From a bacterium (GTDB lineage: Bacteria; Bdellovibrionota_C; UBA2361; CALJRW01): DNA of 64,000 nt. The stretch lies in the NCBI GenBank assembly GCA_031385045.1, contig JANNBC010000013.1, positions 32,001 to 96,000 on the forward strand, in the 5' to 3' direction. Both the position numbers and the translations under genes were made by a program. Positions 55,870 to 64,000 of the stretch are shown here, one piece after another (the stretch's first letter is position 1; each line of letters starts with the position of its first letter). Below the pieces are notes generated by a model that saw only the letters and a program-made list of their open reading frames with translations, had not been told where the DNA came from and ran no database searches.

Positions 55870-56403
55870 CTAAAACCCCTCCGTAAGGCTCTCAGCTTTT
55901 TGCATAATTGCTAAGCTCTTAGAATCAATCAGTTTATTTTGAGCAATTAAGTCTCGAATTTGGGATTTATTTAAAATGACTTTTTCAATTACCTCTCCCT
56001 CATCTAGTTCAAGCTGACTAGGCACTAGATCTTCAGCTAAGTAACAATGAATGATTTCATTACAAAACCCTGGAGTTGGGAAAATGTGTCCTAAACTTTT
56101 TATAGAATTTGCCTTATAACCGATTTCTTCTTGTAGCTCTCTTTGCGCACACTCGATTAGATCCTCTCCTGGTTCGATCGTCCCAGCTGGGAATTCATAG
56201 ATTTCTTGCTGAATTGCATGACGGTACTGCTTTATCATCACGTAGGTATCGCTACTAAGTTTAGGGATAATCAAGACTGCGCCTGGATGTTCAATTAAAT
56301 CACGACGATGAACGGAACCATCGGGATGTTCAAAAAATTGCTTTTTAACTGGGAAACGGAATTCCTCAGTAATAGTTTCTGTTTTTAAAAGTTTGATTTT
56401 CAT
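55870..56403 (-). CDS. NUDIX hydrolase, ADP-ribose pyrophosphatase NudF-like
   Basis: HPGAV, QYR, EFPAGTIEPGE...AQRELQEEIG, PG. Confidence 0.92.
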   Translation of the reverse strand: MKIKLLKTETITEEFRFPVKKQFFEHPDGSVHRRDLIEHPGAVLIIPKLSSDTYVMIKQYRHAIQQEIYEFPAGTIEPGEDLIECAQRELQEEIGYKANSIKSLGHIFPTPGFCNEIIHCYLAEDLVPSQLELDEGEVIEKVILNKSQIRDLIAQNKLIDSKSLAIMQKAESLTEGF

Positions 56404-56498
56404 TGTGGTTGGTTAAGATAGGAAGTAGAATATAAATGATTCAAATTTCGTTCTCCTCATTAAAAATAACAAAATCTGAATTTTATAAGAGAAATCAC

Positions 56499-56999
56499 AT
56501 GTTAAAAACTAAAATCGTTACCAGTCTTAATAAACAATTAAATCGTGAATTACAATCAGCTTATAAATATACGGGAATGGCTGTGTATTGTGATAATAAT
56601 AAACTGCCTGGATGCGCCCAGTGGCTGAAGCTTCAATCTTCTGAGGAACGGGTTCATGGAATGAAGATTTATCATTATCTTACTGAGCTTGGTGAGCAAG
56701 TAGAAATTTCGGCAATTGATACTCCAAAGCAGAAATTTAAAAATATCAAAGAAGTCTTTGAAGCAGCGTTGCAAGCAGAAGAAGATATTACGGCAAACTT
56801 AGTTGACTTAACTAACCTAGCACTCTCTGAAAAAGATCAACTAACTTACAACTTCATGCAATGGTTCCTCCAAGAACAAGTCGAGGAACTGGCTACTACT
56901 CGCTCAGTAATCGATGATATTGATAAGCTCGGCACTTCAGGGGTTGGGCTATTTATGTTAGATGAAAAACTAGCTGGGCGCGCAGTACCGCAATCGTAA
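56499..56999 (+). CDS. ftnA: Non-heme ferritin
   Basis: LNKQLNRE..SAY.Y, EERVH, QWFLQEQVEE. ATG 56499 preferred over 56436. Confidence 0.92.
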   Translation: MLKTKIVTSLNKQLNRELQSAYKYTGMAVYCDNNKLPGCAQWLKLQSSEERVHGMKIYHYLTELGEQVEISAIDTPKQKFKNIKEVFEAALQAEEDITANLVDLTNLALSEKDQLTYNFMQWFLQEQVEELATTRSVIDDIDKLGTSGVGLFMLDEKLAGRAVPQS

Positions 57000-57065
57000 G
57001 CATTTTTACTACGTTCTACCACTAAAGTTTTTGCAAAAGCATTAAGCCCTTGCTATATTGCCATC

Positions 57066-59006
57066 GTGCTTACATTAACCAAAAACCACTACCTCACTGT
57101 TACTCTCATAATACTTTTTAGCTTAGCGCTAAGATTACCACTTCTTGGAAGTGGCATTCCATATTTTTATGATGAAGACGAAGCGCACCACTTCAATCGC
57201 CAAGTACAAATGCTTCAAACTGGAGAGCTTAATCCCAAATATTTTTTAAAGCCTAGTTTAAATTTCTATCTCCGCCTACCAGCAATCTCTGCTGGCTTTC
57301 TCTGGTCTGTTAAAAAAGAACAGGCTAGATCAATCCAAGATGTGCGAACTAAAGATCCTTATGGAATTGGTGGATATAACTTTACAGTTTCACACCCAGC
57401 AACATTAAAAGCCGACCGCATTTTTTCTATAATTATTGGCTTACTAATCATAGTATCCGTTTATTATTTAACACTACTCCTAACTAGTAACGCGCTACTG
57501 GCAACCCTTAGCTCACTACTAACATCAATGGCGCCGCTATCTTTGGAGTACGCAACAAGTATTGGAGTTAACCAACCAACCGCCTTGTTTTGTATCTTAA
57601 CAATCTTAGCTGGGACTCTTTATTATCGTAATCCAAAAATTCGAACGATCTGCTTAACAGCAATCTTTTCGGGATTGGCAATTTCTACTAAGTACAACGC
57701 CTTACCAATTGTTCTTGTTCCTTTGGTTTGCTGTCTCTTAGTTCGGCCTAGTCTTTGGAAAATATTTATTGCACTAGTACTTCCTTGGATAACTTTTATT
57801 GCTGGGTCTCCATACATCCTAAAAGAGTTACCACTATTTCTTGATCACCTTGCCTTTGAAGTTTGGCATTACGGAGTGGCTGGACATGTGCATCATCAAG
57901 CGGAGCCTGGAATGGCGCAATTGCTCTACTATCTAGGAACGCTTAGCCTTTATGATTTAGGAATTATTCCCTTAACAATTGCCTTAATTGGCATCGTCTA
58001 TGGATTACAAAAAAAGAATCGCGAGCTAATCCCATTAATTGTTTTCTTTGTTGGATACATGGCTTTAATGATTTCCCAAAAAGCTAATTTCAATCGCAAT
58101 CTGCTATTAGTGCTACCATTGATTCCAGTATTAACTGCTATTGGAATACAATATTTATTCATATTGTTAAAAGGAAGAACAACTCGTCTCTCAATTATCT
58201 TTTTAATTTTAATCCAACCTGCAATACTTAGTATCTATCAGATTCAAAAATCAAAAATTTCTGATAGTCGTAATGATGCTTATGAATATCTTCATGCCAC
58301 AGGGATGAACACCTCTCGTTTGGCAGTAGATGGCAATTTATGGCTTCCAAAGTTTACTAAATATGTTGCCCGCAAAGAAGTCTTAACTAGACCTGGAACA
58401 GCGCGTGTCAATCTAGACAAAGAGCAGCTAATTAATCTTTTCTTAAAAGGTTATCAAGAAGTATTAATGCCGGGATATCATCAACTTTCAAACTTAGAGA
58501 AAACAATTGTTAGTACTAAAATCTTCTTCCCTGGAGACTTAGAAAAGAAACGGATTGTAAGCAATCCTGAGATTCAATTACTGACATTTAATCAAAATGA
58601 GATCTATCGCAACTTAGATCAACTAAAGATTGCCAGCCTTGATTTTAAATTCAAAGATAACCTTTGTTATTTAGAGGCTGACAAGTTTAATGAATTCTGG
58701 CTTGATCAAAAGATTTACTACTTAAACTTGGAGCAATGCTTAAAAGCTGATCAACAAAGAGTAAAGATATACTTTGAATATTTTTCACCATGGCTTCCGC
58801 AGAAGCTAGGCTTAGTAATTCCAGAGGAATTCAAAGTTAACTTTCCAATAAATAGCCAAGAAGGTAAAATTGAGATTGAACTTGGCAAAAAGGAACTAAA
58901 TTTAGGAAAACTTTATTTAGTAATTAATCAACTAAACTCCCCGGAAGAGTTAGGATTATCCACAGATGACCGTAATCTTGGAATTAAAATTCTTGCCAAG
59001 AATTAG
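57066..59006 (+). CDS. GT-C (ArnT/PMT-like) glycosyltransferase
   Basis: First-loop DEDE, GLAISTKY, about 11 TM segments, RNLLLVLP, C-terminal DDRNLGI. Confidence 0.82.
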   Translation: MLTLTKNHYLTVTLIILFSLALRLPLLGSGIPYFYDEDEAHHFNRQVQMLQTGELNPKYFLKPSLNFYLRLPAISAGFLWSVKKEQARSIQDVRTKDPYGIGGYNFTVSHPATLKADRIFSIIIGLLIIVSVYYLTLLLTSNALLATLSSLLTSMAPLSLEYATSIGVNQPTALFCILTILAGTLYYRNPKIRTICLTAIFSGLAISTKYNALPIVLVPLVCCLLVRPSLWKIFIALVLPWITFIAGSPYILKELPLFLDHLAFEVWHYGVAGHVHHQAEPGMAQLLYYLGTLSLYDLGIIPLTIALIGIVYGLQKKNRELIPLIVFFVGYMALMISQKANFNRNLLLVLPLIPVLTAIGIQYLFILLKGRTTRLSIIFLILIQPAILSIYQIQKSKISDSRNDAYEYLHATGMNTSRLAVDGNLWLPKFTKYVARKEVLTRPGTARVNLDKEQLINLFLKGYQEVLMPGYHQLSNLEKTIVSTKIFFPGDLEKKRIVSNPEIQLLTFNQNEIYRNLDQLKIASLDFKFKDNLCYLEADKFNEFWLDQKIYYLNLEQCLKADQQRVKIYFEYFSPWLPQKLGLVIPEEFKVNFPINSQEGKIEIELGKKELNLGKLYLVINQLNSPEELGLSTDDRNLGIKILAKN

Positions 59007-59424
59007 TCTCTCCAGTGTTAAAGACTTGCCGTAACTGTTTGTTTTGAAATACTTCTACTGGATTAATTGGTAATTGGTTTAACGCAATATATTTTAAATC
59101 TTGTAACTTAGTTTTTCCAGTGGCAACAAGGGCATTTGGTATGTCCATTTTAAATGGACTCTCAGCAACATTTGCCAACATCTTATCGACCTTCTGGCCA
59201 ACATCTCCAAAACTAAGAGCACCTTCGGTTAAGATGGCTTGATGAGTTGGGATTTGATAAGTTTGTAATTGGCTGATTGCAAATTCTCTTACACCGGGCA
59301 GAAACAAATCAGCCTCTGCAAGCATCCAATGGAACACTTGAACAGTAAGTACGATTTTGAAAATGAATTTAAAGAGTGTAAACATGTCTTCCTTGAAAAA
59401 TGTTACCAAACAACTGCTATACAT
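58984..59424 (-). CDS. Hypothetical protein (true start probably the internal MFTLFK, preceded by AAGGAAG)
   Basis: ORF with an N-terminal hydrophobic stretch; sigma28-like promoter abuts the first ATG. Confidence 0.6.
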   Translation of the reverse strand: MYSSCLVTFFKEDMFTLFKFIFKIVLTVQVFHWMLAEADLFLPGVREFAISQLQTYQIPTHQAILTEGALSFGDVGQKVDKMLANVAESPFKMDIPNALVATGKTKLQDLKYIALNQLPINPVEVFQNKQLRQVFNTGETNSWQEF

Positions 59425-59425
59425 A

Positions 59426-59453
59426 GTATCGACTCCTCTAAGTAAATTCTTTA
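59426..59453 (-). promoter_or_regulatory. Putative sigma28-type promoter
   Basis: Minus strand TAAAG-N15-GTCGATAC. Confidence 0.55.
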
Positions 59454-59586
59454 GGCCTTAATATAGTACAAAAGAGACTCCTAAGATAGACAAAATAATC
59501 AGTAATATTAGCTAGTTATCTAAAATAATTATTTTCAGAAGCAGAATGCAAGGTATCTACGATAGGAAAATAAGAGTCTATCTAAT

Positions 59587-59850
59587 TTGAAAATCATGAG
59601 TAATAATCTTCCTGAAACTACTGCTAATAAAACAATTCAATTCCCTGAAACACGTGCTGTGGAGACTGAAAATTCTCCCTTTGGTAACGTTCACTTTAAT
59701 CGAGAAACACCTACAGCAACAAAAATTTTCACCTTACCGCAGCTTGATGGAGCAACGCAGGTAGAGAGAATTATTAACAATGGTAGACCAGTAAATCGTG
59801 GGCCATTAAATCCACAAATACTCGCTTATCGATTACCAGAGGCGGCATAA
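59587..59850 (+). CDS. Small hypothetical protein, probably disordered
   Basis: 87-aa ORF (ATG at codon 4) rich in P, T, N and E. Confidence 0.5.
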   Translation: MKIMSNNLPETTANKTIQFPETRAVETENSPFGNVHFNRETPTATKIFTLPQLDGATQVERIINNGRPVNRGPLNPQILAYRLPEAA

Positions 59851-59871
59851 GAATTTTTTTCAAAGCCAACA

Positions 59872-60249
59872 ATGAGCTCATTAACTTTTCCAGAATTATT
59901 TGAAATAGAAATAGATGGATGGAGAAGGGGGATTGAGGCTAATCAAAAAAATATTACTTCGCACGATCTTCATAACGTAATTAAAGAAATGGCTGTAGTC
60001 TTTGAAATTGCCATCCAACAAAATTATATCTTTAACTTAGTTGAAATTGCTAGTAACTACTCCAAAGCATCTCAAGGAAAAGTAAATCCAAAAGAGGTGG
60101 CCTTTTATGTATTAAGCACAATCCCTCATCCAAGTAAATTTACAGAAGAAAGCCAAAAAACACTTTCTGAAATCATCAACATGGTAGATCTTAAGTTTGG
60201 TGGAGCTAAAGAAAGATTAGAAAAACGCTGGTCCCAAAAGAGTCTTTAA
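59872..60249 (+). CDS. Hypothetical protein
   Basis: 125-aa ATG ORF. Confidence 0.65.
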   Translation: MSSLTFPELFEIEIDGWRRGIEANQKNITSHDLHNVIKEMAVVFEIAIQQNYIFNLVEIASNYSKASQGKVNPKEVAFYVLSTIPHPSKFTEESQKTLSEIINMVDLKFGGAKERLEKRWSQKSL

Positions 60250-60734
60250 CTGGCATTATTTAGAACTCTTTTCTCTTGAAAGAATCTCTTAAGTAACTCG
60301 GCAGAACTATCTGCTAAGACCTCCGAAATAACTGTAATCTCTGGACCAAGTCGCGAATCTTGACTTAGATCATACAGAGACCCACAGGCTCCTCTAGCTG
60401 GATCCATTAATCCAATAATTAAATTTGGAATTCGAGCGAGCTTAATCGCGCCCAGGCACATTGTGCAAGGCTCTAAGGTTACCGCTAAGATACATTCATT
60501 TAATCGCCAATCACCTAATTTTTGTGCCGCCATTTTTATAGCTAAGATTTCAGCATGCGCCGAAGAATCTTTACCAGTCTCAACGAGATTATGAGCTTCA
60601 GCAATAACTTCACCCTGATAATATATTACAGCGCCAACAGGCACTTCCCCTGCATCAGCCGCTTTTTCAGCCTCAAGAAGTGCTAACTCCATTAATTGAA
60701 TACTAAGTGCCTCAGTAATACGTGATTTTAACAT
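60246..60734 (-). CDS. tadA: tRNA adenosine(34) deaminase
   Basis: GEVPVGAV, AHAE, WRL, VTLEPCTMC, LLKRFF. Confidence 0.93.
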   Translation of the reverse strand: MLKSRITEALSIQLMELALLEAEKAADAGEVPVGAVIYYQGEVIAEAHNLVETGKDSSAHAEILAIKMAAQKLGDWRLNECILAVTLEPCTMCLGAIKLARIPNLIIGLMDPARGACGSLYDLSQDSRLGPEITVISEVLADSSAELLKRFFQEKRVLNNAS

Positions 60735-60820
60735 AATCCCAAGAATCGCATAATTTCTAAAATTATTGTACTACTTATCTAGCAATCATTTAACGCAAGG
60801 ATACAAGTTAAAGGTACTAT

Positions 60821-62005
60821 ATGAATAAAACTCATCACCAAATTATTATCGTCGGAGCTGGCATTGCCGGGCTTTGGAGTTTTAATGTTCTTAGAACAAA
60901 AGGGTACGATGTGATTCTTTTAGAAAAAGACACTATTGGTGGAGTACAGAGCATGGCATCACAAGGGATGATTCATGGTGGACAACGTTATGCTTTGCAA
61001 GGAGTTTTAAATAGTCACTCCGAATCAATTGCTGCGATGCCTGGCGTCTGGGATCAAGCATTAAAAGGAGAAATCACTCCCAATCTTAGCTCAGCAAAAA
61101 TCCTAAGTTCTAAACAATACATGTGGTCACCAGGTGGATTAACTTCTAACGTAACTTCTTTCTTTGCATCCAAAGCAATGAACTCTCGGGTTGATAGTCT
61201 AGATCGAGCTGATTGGCCAGAGATCTTCAAAGCTCATGCAAAATTTAAGGGTAAAATATACGAACTTGATGAAGTTGTATTAGATATCCAAAGTGTAGCT
61301 TCCGCTTTAAGCAAAGATTACCTAGGACAAATTATTAAAATCGATCAACTGCAATTAAATGTTAAAAATGAAAAACTAGAATCAGTTATTATCACTCAAG
61401 GATCTGAGGATCTAGAATTAACTGCAGATCAGTTTATCTTTACAGCTGGGCTAGGCAACGAAGATATCGCCTCCCTACTTTGGCCCAATAAGAAAACAAC
61501 TCAGCGTAGACCATTAAAACAAGTGTTAGTTGATGATGTAGAATTTCCACTTTATGCGCATTGCATTACTGTCGATCCACGACCGAGAGTTACTGTATCA
61601 GCTCATCCCAAAACCAATGGTAAGTATACCTGGTATCTTGGTGGACTAGTTGCGGTTAAGCATATTACTGATAGTGACGAACAAGCAATTGATTTTGCTA
61701 AACAAGAATTAAAAACTCTTTTTCCATTTATCGATTGGGATAATAAGAAGTGGTCAACACTCCTGATTGATCGCGCCGAACCTTATACTAGCAATGGCTT
61801 TCTGCCCGAAGGCCCAGCCATTATGGAAAAAGAAAATACGATGTTAGCTTGGCCAACGAAATTAACATTTGCGCCTGCAATTACTAATAAATTATTAAAT
61901 GTTTTAGATAAACAAAATTTACCAACTAAGGGTACCGTAGAAAAATTAAAACTAGCTTCACCAAAAATTGGAACTTACCCTTGGGAGTCAGCGACATGGC
62001 AATAG
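60821..62005 (+). CDS. FAD-dependent oxidoreductase (DAO-like)
   Basis: IVGAGIAG, SQGMIHGGQRYAL, DRAEP, WPTKLTFAP. Confidence 0.88.
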   Translation: MNKTHHQIIIVGAGIAGLWSFNVLRTKGYDVILLEKDTIGGVQSMASQGMIHGGQRYALQGVLNSHSESIAAMPGVWDQALKGEITPNLSSAKILSSKQYMWSPGGLTSNVTSFFASKAMNSRVDSLDRADWPEIFKAHAKFKGKIYELDEVVLDIQSVASALSKDYLGQIIKIDQLQLNVKNEKLESVIITQGSEDLELTADQFIFTAGLGNEDIASLLWPNKKTTQRRPLKQVLVDDVEFPLYAHCITVDPRPRVTVSAHPKTNGKYTWYLGGLVAVKHITDSDEQAIDFAKQELKTLFPFIDWDNKKWSTLLIDRAEPYTSNGFLPEGPAIMEKENTMLAWPTKLTFAPAITNKLLNVLDKQNLPTKGTVEKLKLASPKIGTYPWESATWQ

Positions 62006-62802
62006 CGAAAAGAAAACTTGGTACTACAGGGATTGAGGTTTCAATTCTTAGCTGGGGGACGGTTAAGGTTGGCCGAAACTTTATGGTCAAAAATAAAATT
62101 CCTGATGGCTTTGCTCTCCCAGATGATTCTACCGTCTTAGAGTTATTAGATATCTGTATCGAACATGGAATTAATTTGATCGATCTGGCTCCAGCCTATG
62201 GCATTGCCGAGGAAAGAATAGGAAAATTGCTTGGCAAAAATCGCTCTAAGTTTATACTCTCTACAAAAGTCGGCGAAGAGTTTGATGGCCAGAATTCAAC
62301 TTACAACTTTAGCAAAGAACATTTACTTTTTAGCATTGAAAGAAGCCTTCAGCGCTTACATACTGATTATCTAGATTGCATATTATTACATCTTCCACGA
62401 AATGATTTGGATGTAATGAAAGAAAGCCAAGCCTTGCAGACGTTAGCTGAGCTAAAACAAAAAGGACTGATTAGATCTTTTGGAGCCTCGACGCATTCCA
62501 TTGCTGGAGGAATCTTTGCCTTAGAAAATTCCGATCTGGCAATGATCCCATTTAACCCTGACTACCAAGAGCACTTACCAGTAATCAAAAAGGCTGAAGA
62601 ACTTGGAAAATCAATTTCTATTAAGAAAGGTTTACTCTCTGGACATTTAGACCCAGCAAACTCTCAAAAAAGCTTAACAAACTGTTTTCAAGAAGCCTTA
62701 CAATATCAAGGTGTCAAAAGCTTAGTTGCCGGCACAACTAATCCCAAACACCTCCTTGAGAATATTAAGATTGTAAGTGAGTTGCAGGAAAACTCCTATT
62801 AA
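61981..62802 (+). CDS. Aldo/keto reductase
   Basis: GINLIDLAPAYG, STKVGE, SLQRLHTDYLD. The likely ATG at 61996 overlaps the upstream gene. Confidence 0.9.
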   Translation: MGVSDMAIAKRKLGTTGIEVSILSWGTVKVGRNFMVKNKIPDGFALPDDSTVLELLDICIEHGINLIDLAPAYGIAEERIGKLLGKNRSKFILSTKVGEEFDGQNSTYNFSKEHLLFSIERSLQRLHTDYLDCILLHLPRNDLDVMKESQALQTLAELKQKGLIRSFGASTHSIAGGIFALENSDLAMIPFNPDYQEHLPVIKKAEELGKSISIKKGLLSGHLDPANSQKSLTNCFQEALQYQGVKSLVAGTTNPKHLLENIKIVSELQENSY

Positions 62803-62846
62803 TTAACATCTTGCCAGACAACGTAAATCAACTAGTAATAGACTAA

Positions 62847-63854
62847 ATGAAAGAAATAAAACTCCCCCCTTTTACTGTCGCTAATTGTGTCGTCATGAAA
62901 TGGACGAACCCAATTTTTGCTCGAATGGGGATTTATAAAAAAGAATCCGAGTTTTACTATCAACAGTTTATTCCTTTTGCTAAGAAACATAACATTAGTA
63001 TTATTCGTGCTGACTATCGCTGGTTTGATCGTAAAACAGATTTATTTACAAAAGCTTGGTATTTAGATCCTTTAATGGGCTGGCTTCGAGTTAGCGATAT
63101 TAAAGTTGATATTATCCACGACTTGTCAGTCAACAAACCAAAGCTAATGCCCTACAAAAAATTCTTTGCCAAGAAAAAAATGTTTGCAGCTAATCCCTTT
63201 GAACTTGAGATACTCTTAGTTGATAAATATAAAAACTATCAAAAATTCAAGCCTCTGTATCCCAAAACTTTTCTGATCAATTCTGCTGACGAATTAAAAG
63301 CTAAAATTAAACAAATCCCCTCAGAGCAAGTTGTGATTAAGCCACGGGAAGGTAGCAGTGCTAAGAACGTTGAAATCATGTCTAAAGCTGAGGCATTAAA
63401 ATTAGAGATTCAGCCAAACTACCTACTACAAGAATTCATCAAGACCAAACATCCCGTCCAAGACTTTCGTGTGGTATATGCCAACGGTGAAATTCTGCAC
63501 TACTATACCCGAGTTGCCAGCAAAGGTAGTCTTTTCTCAAACTTCTCGCGCGGTGCAAAAATGACCATCTTGAAAAAATCTCAAGTTCCAAGGGCAGTAC
63601 ATGAAGCATGGGAAATTGTTGAAAAAACTATTAGTGAGTACCCTTTCAGCATGTTAACTGCTGACTTCATGCTAGATGAGAATGGTCGTGCCTATATGAT
63701 TGAGATGAACTCCAAACCTGGGAAGGTTCTTTATCGTCCAAATGGGGAAATGAAAGCATTTCAACAAATCATGGAAGCAACAATTAAAAACTATCAAATA
63801 GTTTATCAAGAAAGAATAAATTTTCTTAATAAGAAAAAATCAAAAGTAAAATAG
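62847..63854 (+). CDS. ATP-grasp ligase (RimK/YheCD-like)
   Basis: DK, PKT, VIKPREGS, LLQEFI, DFRV, SNFSRG, ADF, IEMNSKPG. Confidence 0.85.
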   Translation: MKEIKLPPFTVANCVVMKWTNPIFARMGIYKKESEFYYQQFIPFAKKHNISIIRADYRWFDRKTDLFTKAWYLDPLMGWLRVSDIKVDIIHDLSVNKPKLMPYKKFFAKKKMFAANPFELEILLVDKYKNYQKFKPLYPKTFLINSADELKAKIKQIPSEQVVIKPREGSSAKNVEIMSKAEALKLEIQPNYLLQEFIKTKHPVQDFRVVYANGEILHYYTRVASKGSLFSNFSRGAKMTILKKSQVPRAVHEAWEIVEKTISEYPFSMLTADFMLDENGRAYMIEMNSKPGKVLYRPNGEMKAFQQIMEATIKNYQIVYQERINFLNKKKSKVK

Positions 63855-63897
63855 CTTTATCAAAAGTTAATAAATCAATTTTTATCAGGAAACTAAG

Positions 63898-64000
63898 ATG
63901 GACTTTAATCAAGAATTTATCGTCGCTAAAAATATAGCACGTGAAGCAGGAAAACTTGCTGTTTCACTGAGACAAGGCTTACATCAAATAGTCGAGAAGA
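63898..64000 (+). CDS. Inositol monophosphatase/CysQ family protein (5' fragment)
   Basis: MDFNQEFIVAKNIAREAGKLAVSLRQG...VEK matches the family N-terminus; truncated by the window edge. Confidence 0.55.
   Translation, partial: MDFNQEFIVAKNIAREAGKLAVSLRQGLHQIVEK

Noticed and set aside
1399..57817. Other short ORFs nested in or antisense to long genes (e.g. 1399, 2617, 6094, 8972, 9952, 27048, 37975, 47293, 49147, 53300, 57623)
   Set aside because: They overlap well-supported CDSs and show no motifs or independent signals.
59587..59850. Arrest peptide (NRGPL) or tmRNA tag-like C-terminus (LPEAA)
   Set aside because: The motif is not RAPP/RGPP, there is no signal peptide, and no tmRNA structure or ends are evident.
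60246..60734. Link between this tadA and the Tad pilus locus
   Set aside because: Name coincidence only; this gene is the tRNA deaminase.

Overview
This is an AT-rich (mid-30s % GC by eye, not computed), gene-dense chromosomal window from a diderm bacterium. The gene set (CxxxY-type ccmEFAB..CD, Tad pilus, FliA-like promoters) suggests a deltaproteobacteria-like or Bdellovibrionota-like lineage; that placement is inference. In order, the window holds: partial engB; a System I* cytochrome c maturation operon split by an 847-aa orphan; topA; a type IV pilin beside a GT-C-like membrane protein; an ECF sigma/zf-HC2 pair divergent from a secreted Cys-repeat (HvfA/bufferin-like) peptide, DoxX and a Tat-exported GMC oxidoreductase pair, with no MNIO/DUF692 gene; a SulP-DabA-DabB-NuoM-like-DUF2490 inorganic-carbon uptake cluster headed by a RAPP-ending leader ORF; prfC; a frameshifted HD gene; an XRE-SBP fusion regulator; an HzsA-like heme protein; a 197-bp MITE with an 8-bp target duplication; hemW; a two-component pair joined to a secretin-less Tad locus; and assorted metabolic genes. 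Two diverged copies of a ~215-bp multi-hairpin element with compensatory base changes lie at 3840-4053 and 50802-51017. I saw no rRNA, tRNA, CRISPR array or transposase. The best novelty candidates are the MNIO-less Cys-repeat peptide/GMC cluster, the RAPP leader on the DAB/SulP operon and the covarying structured repeat.
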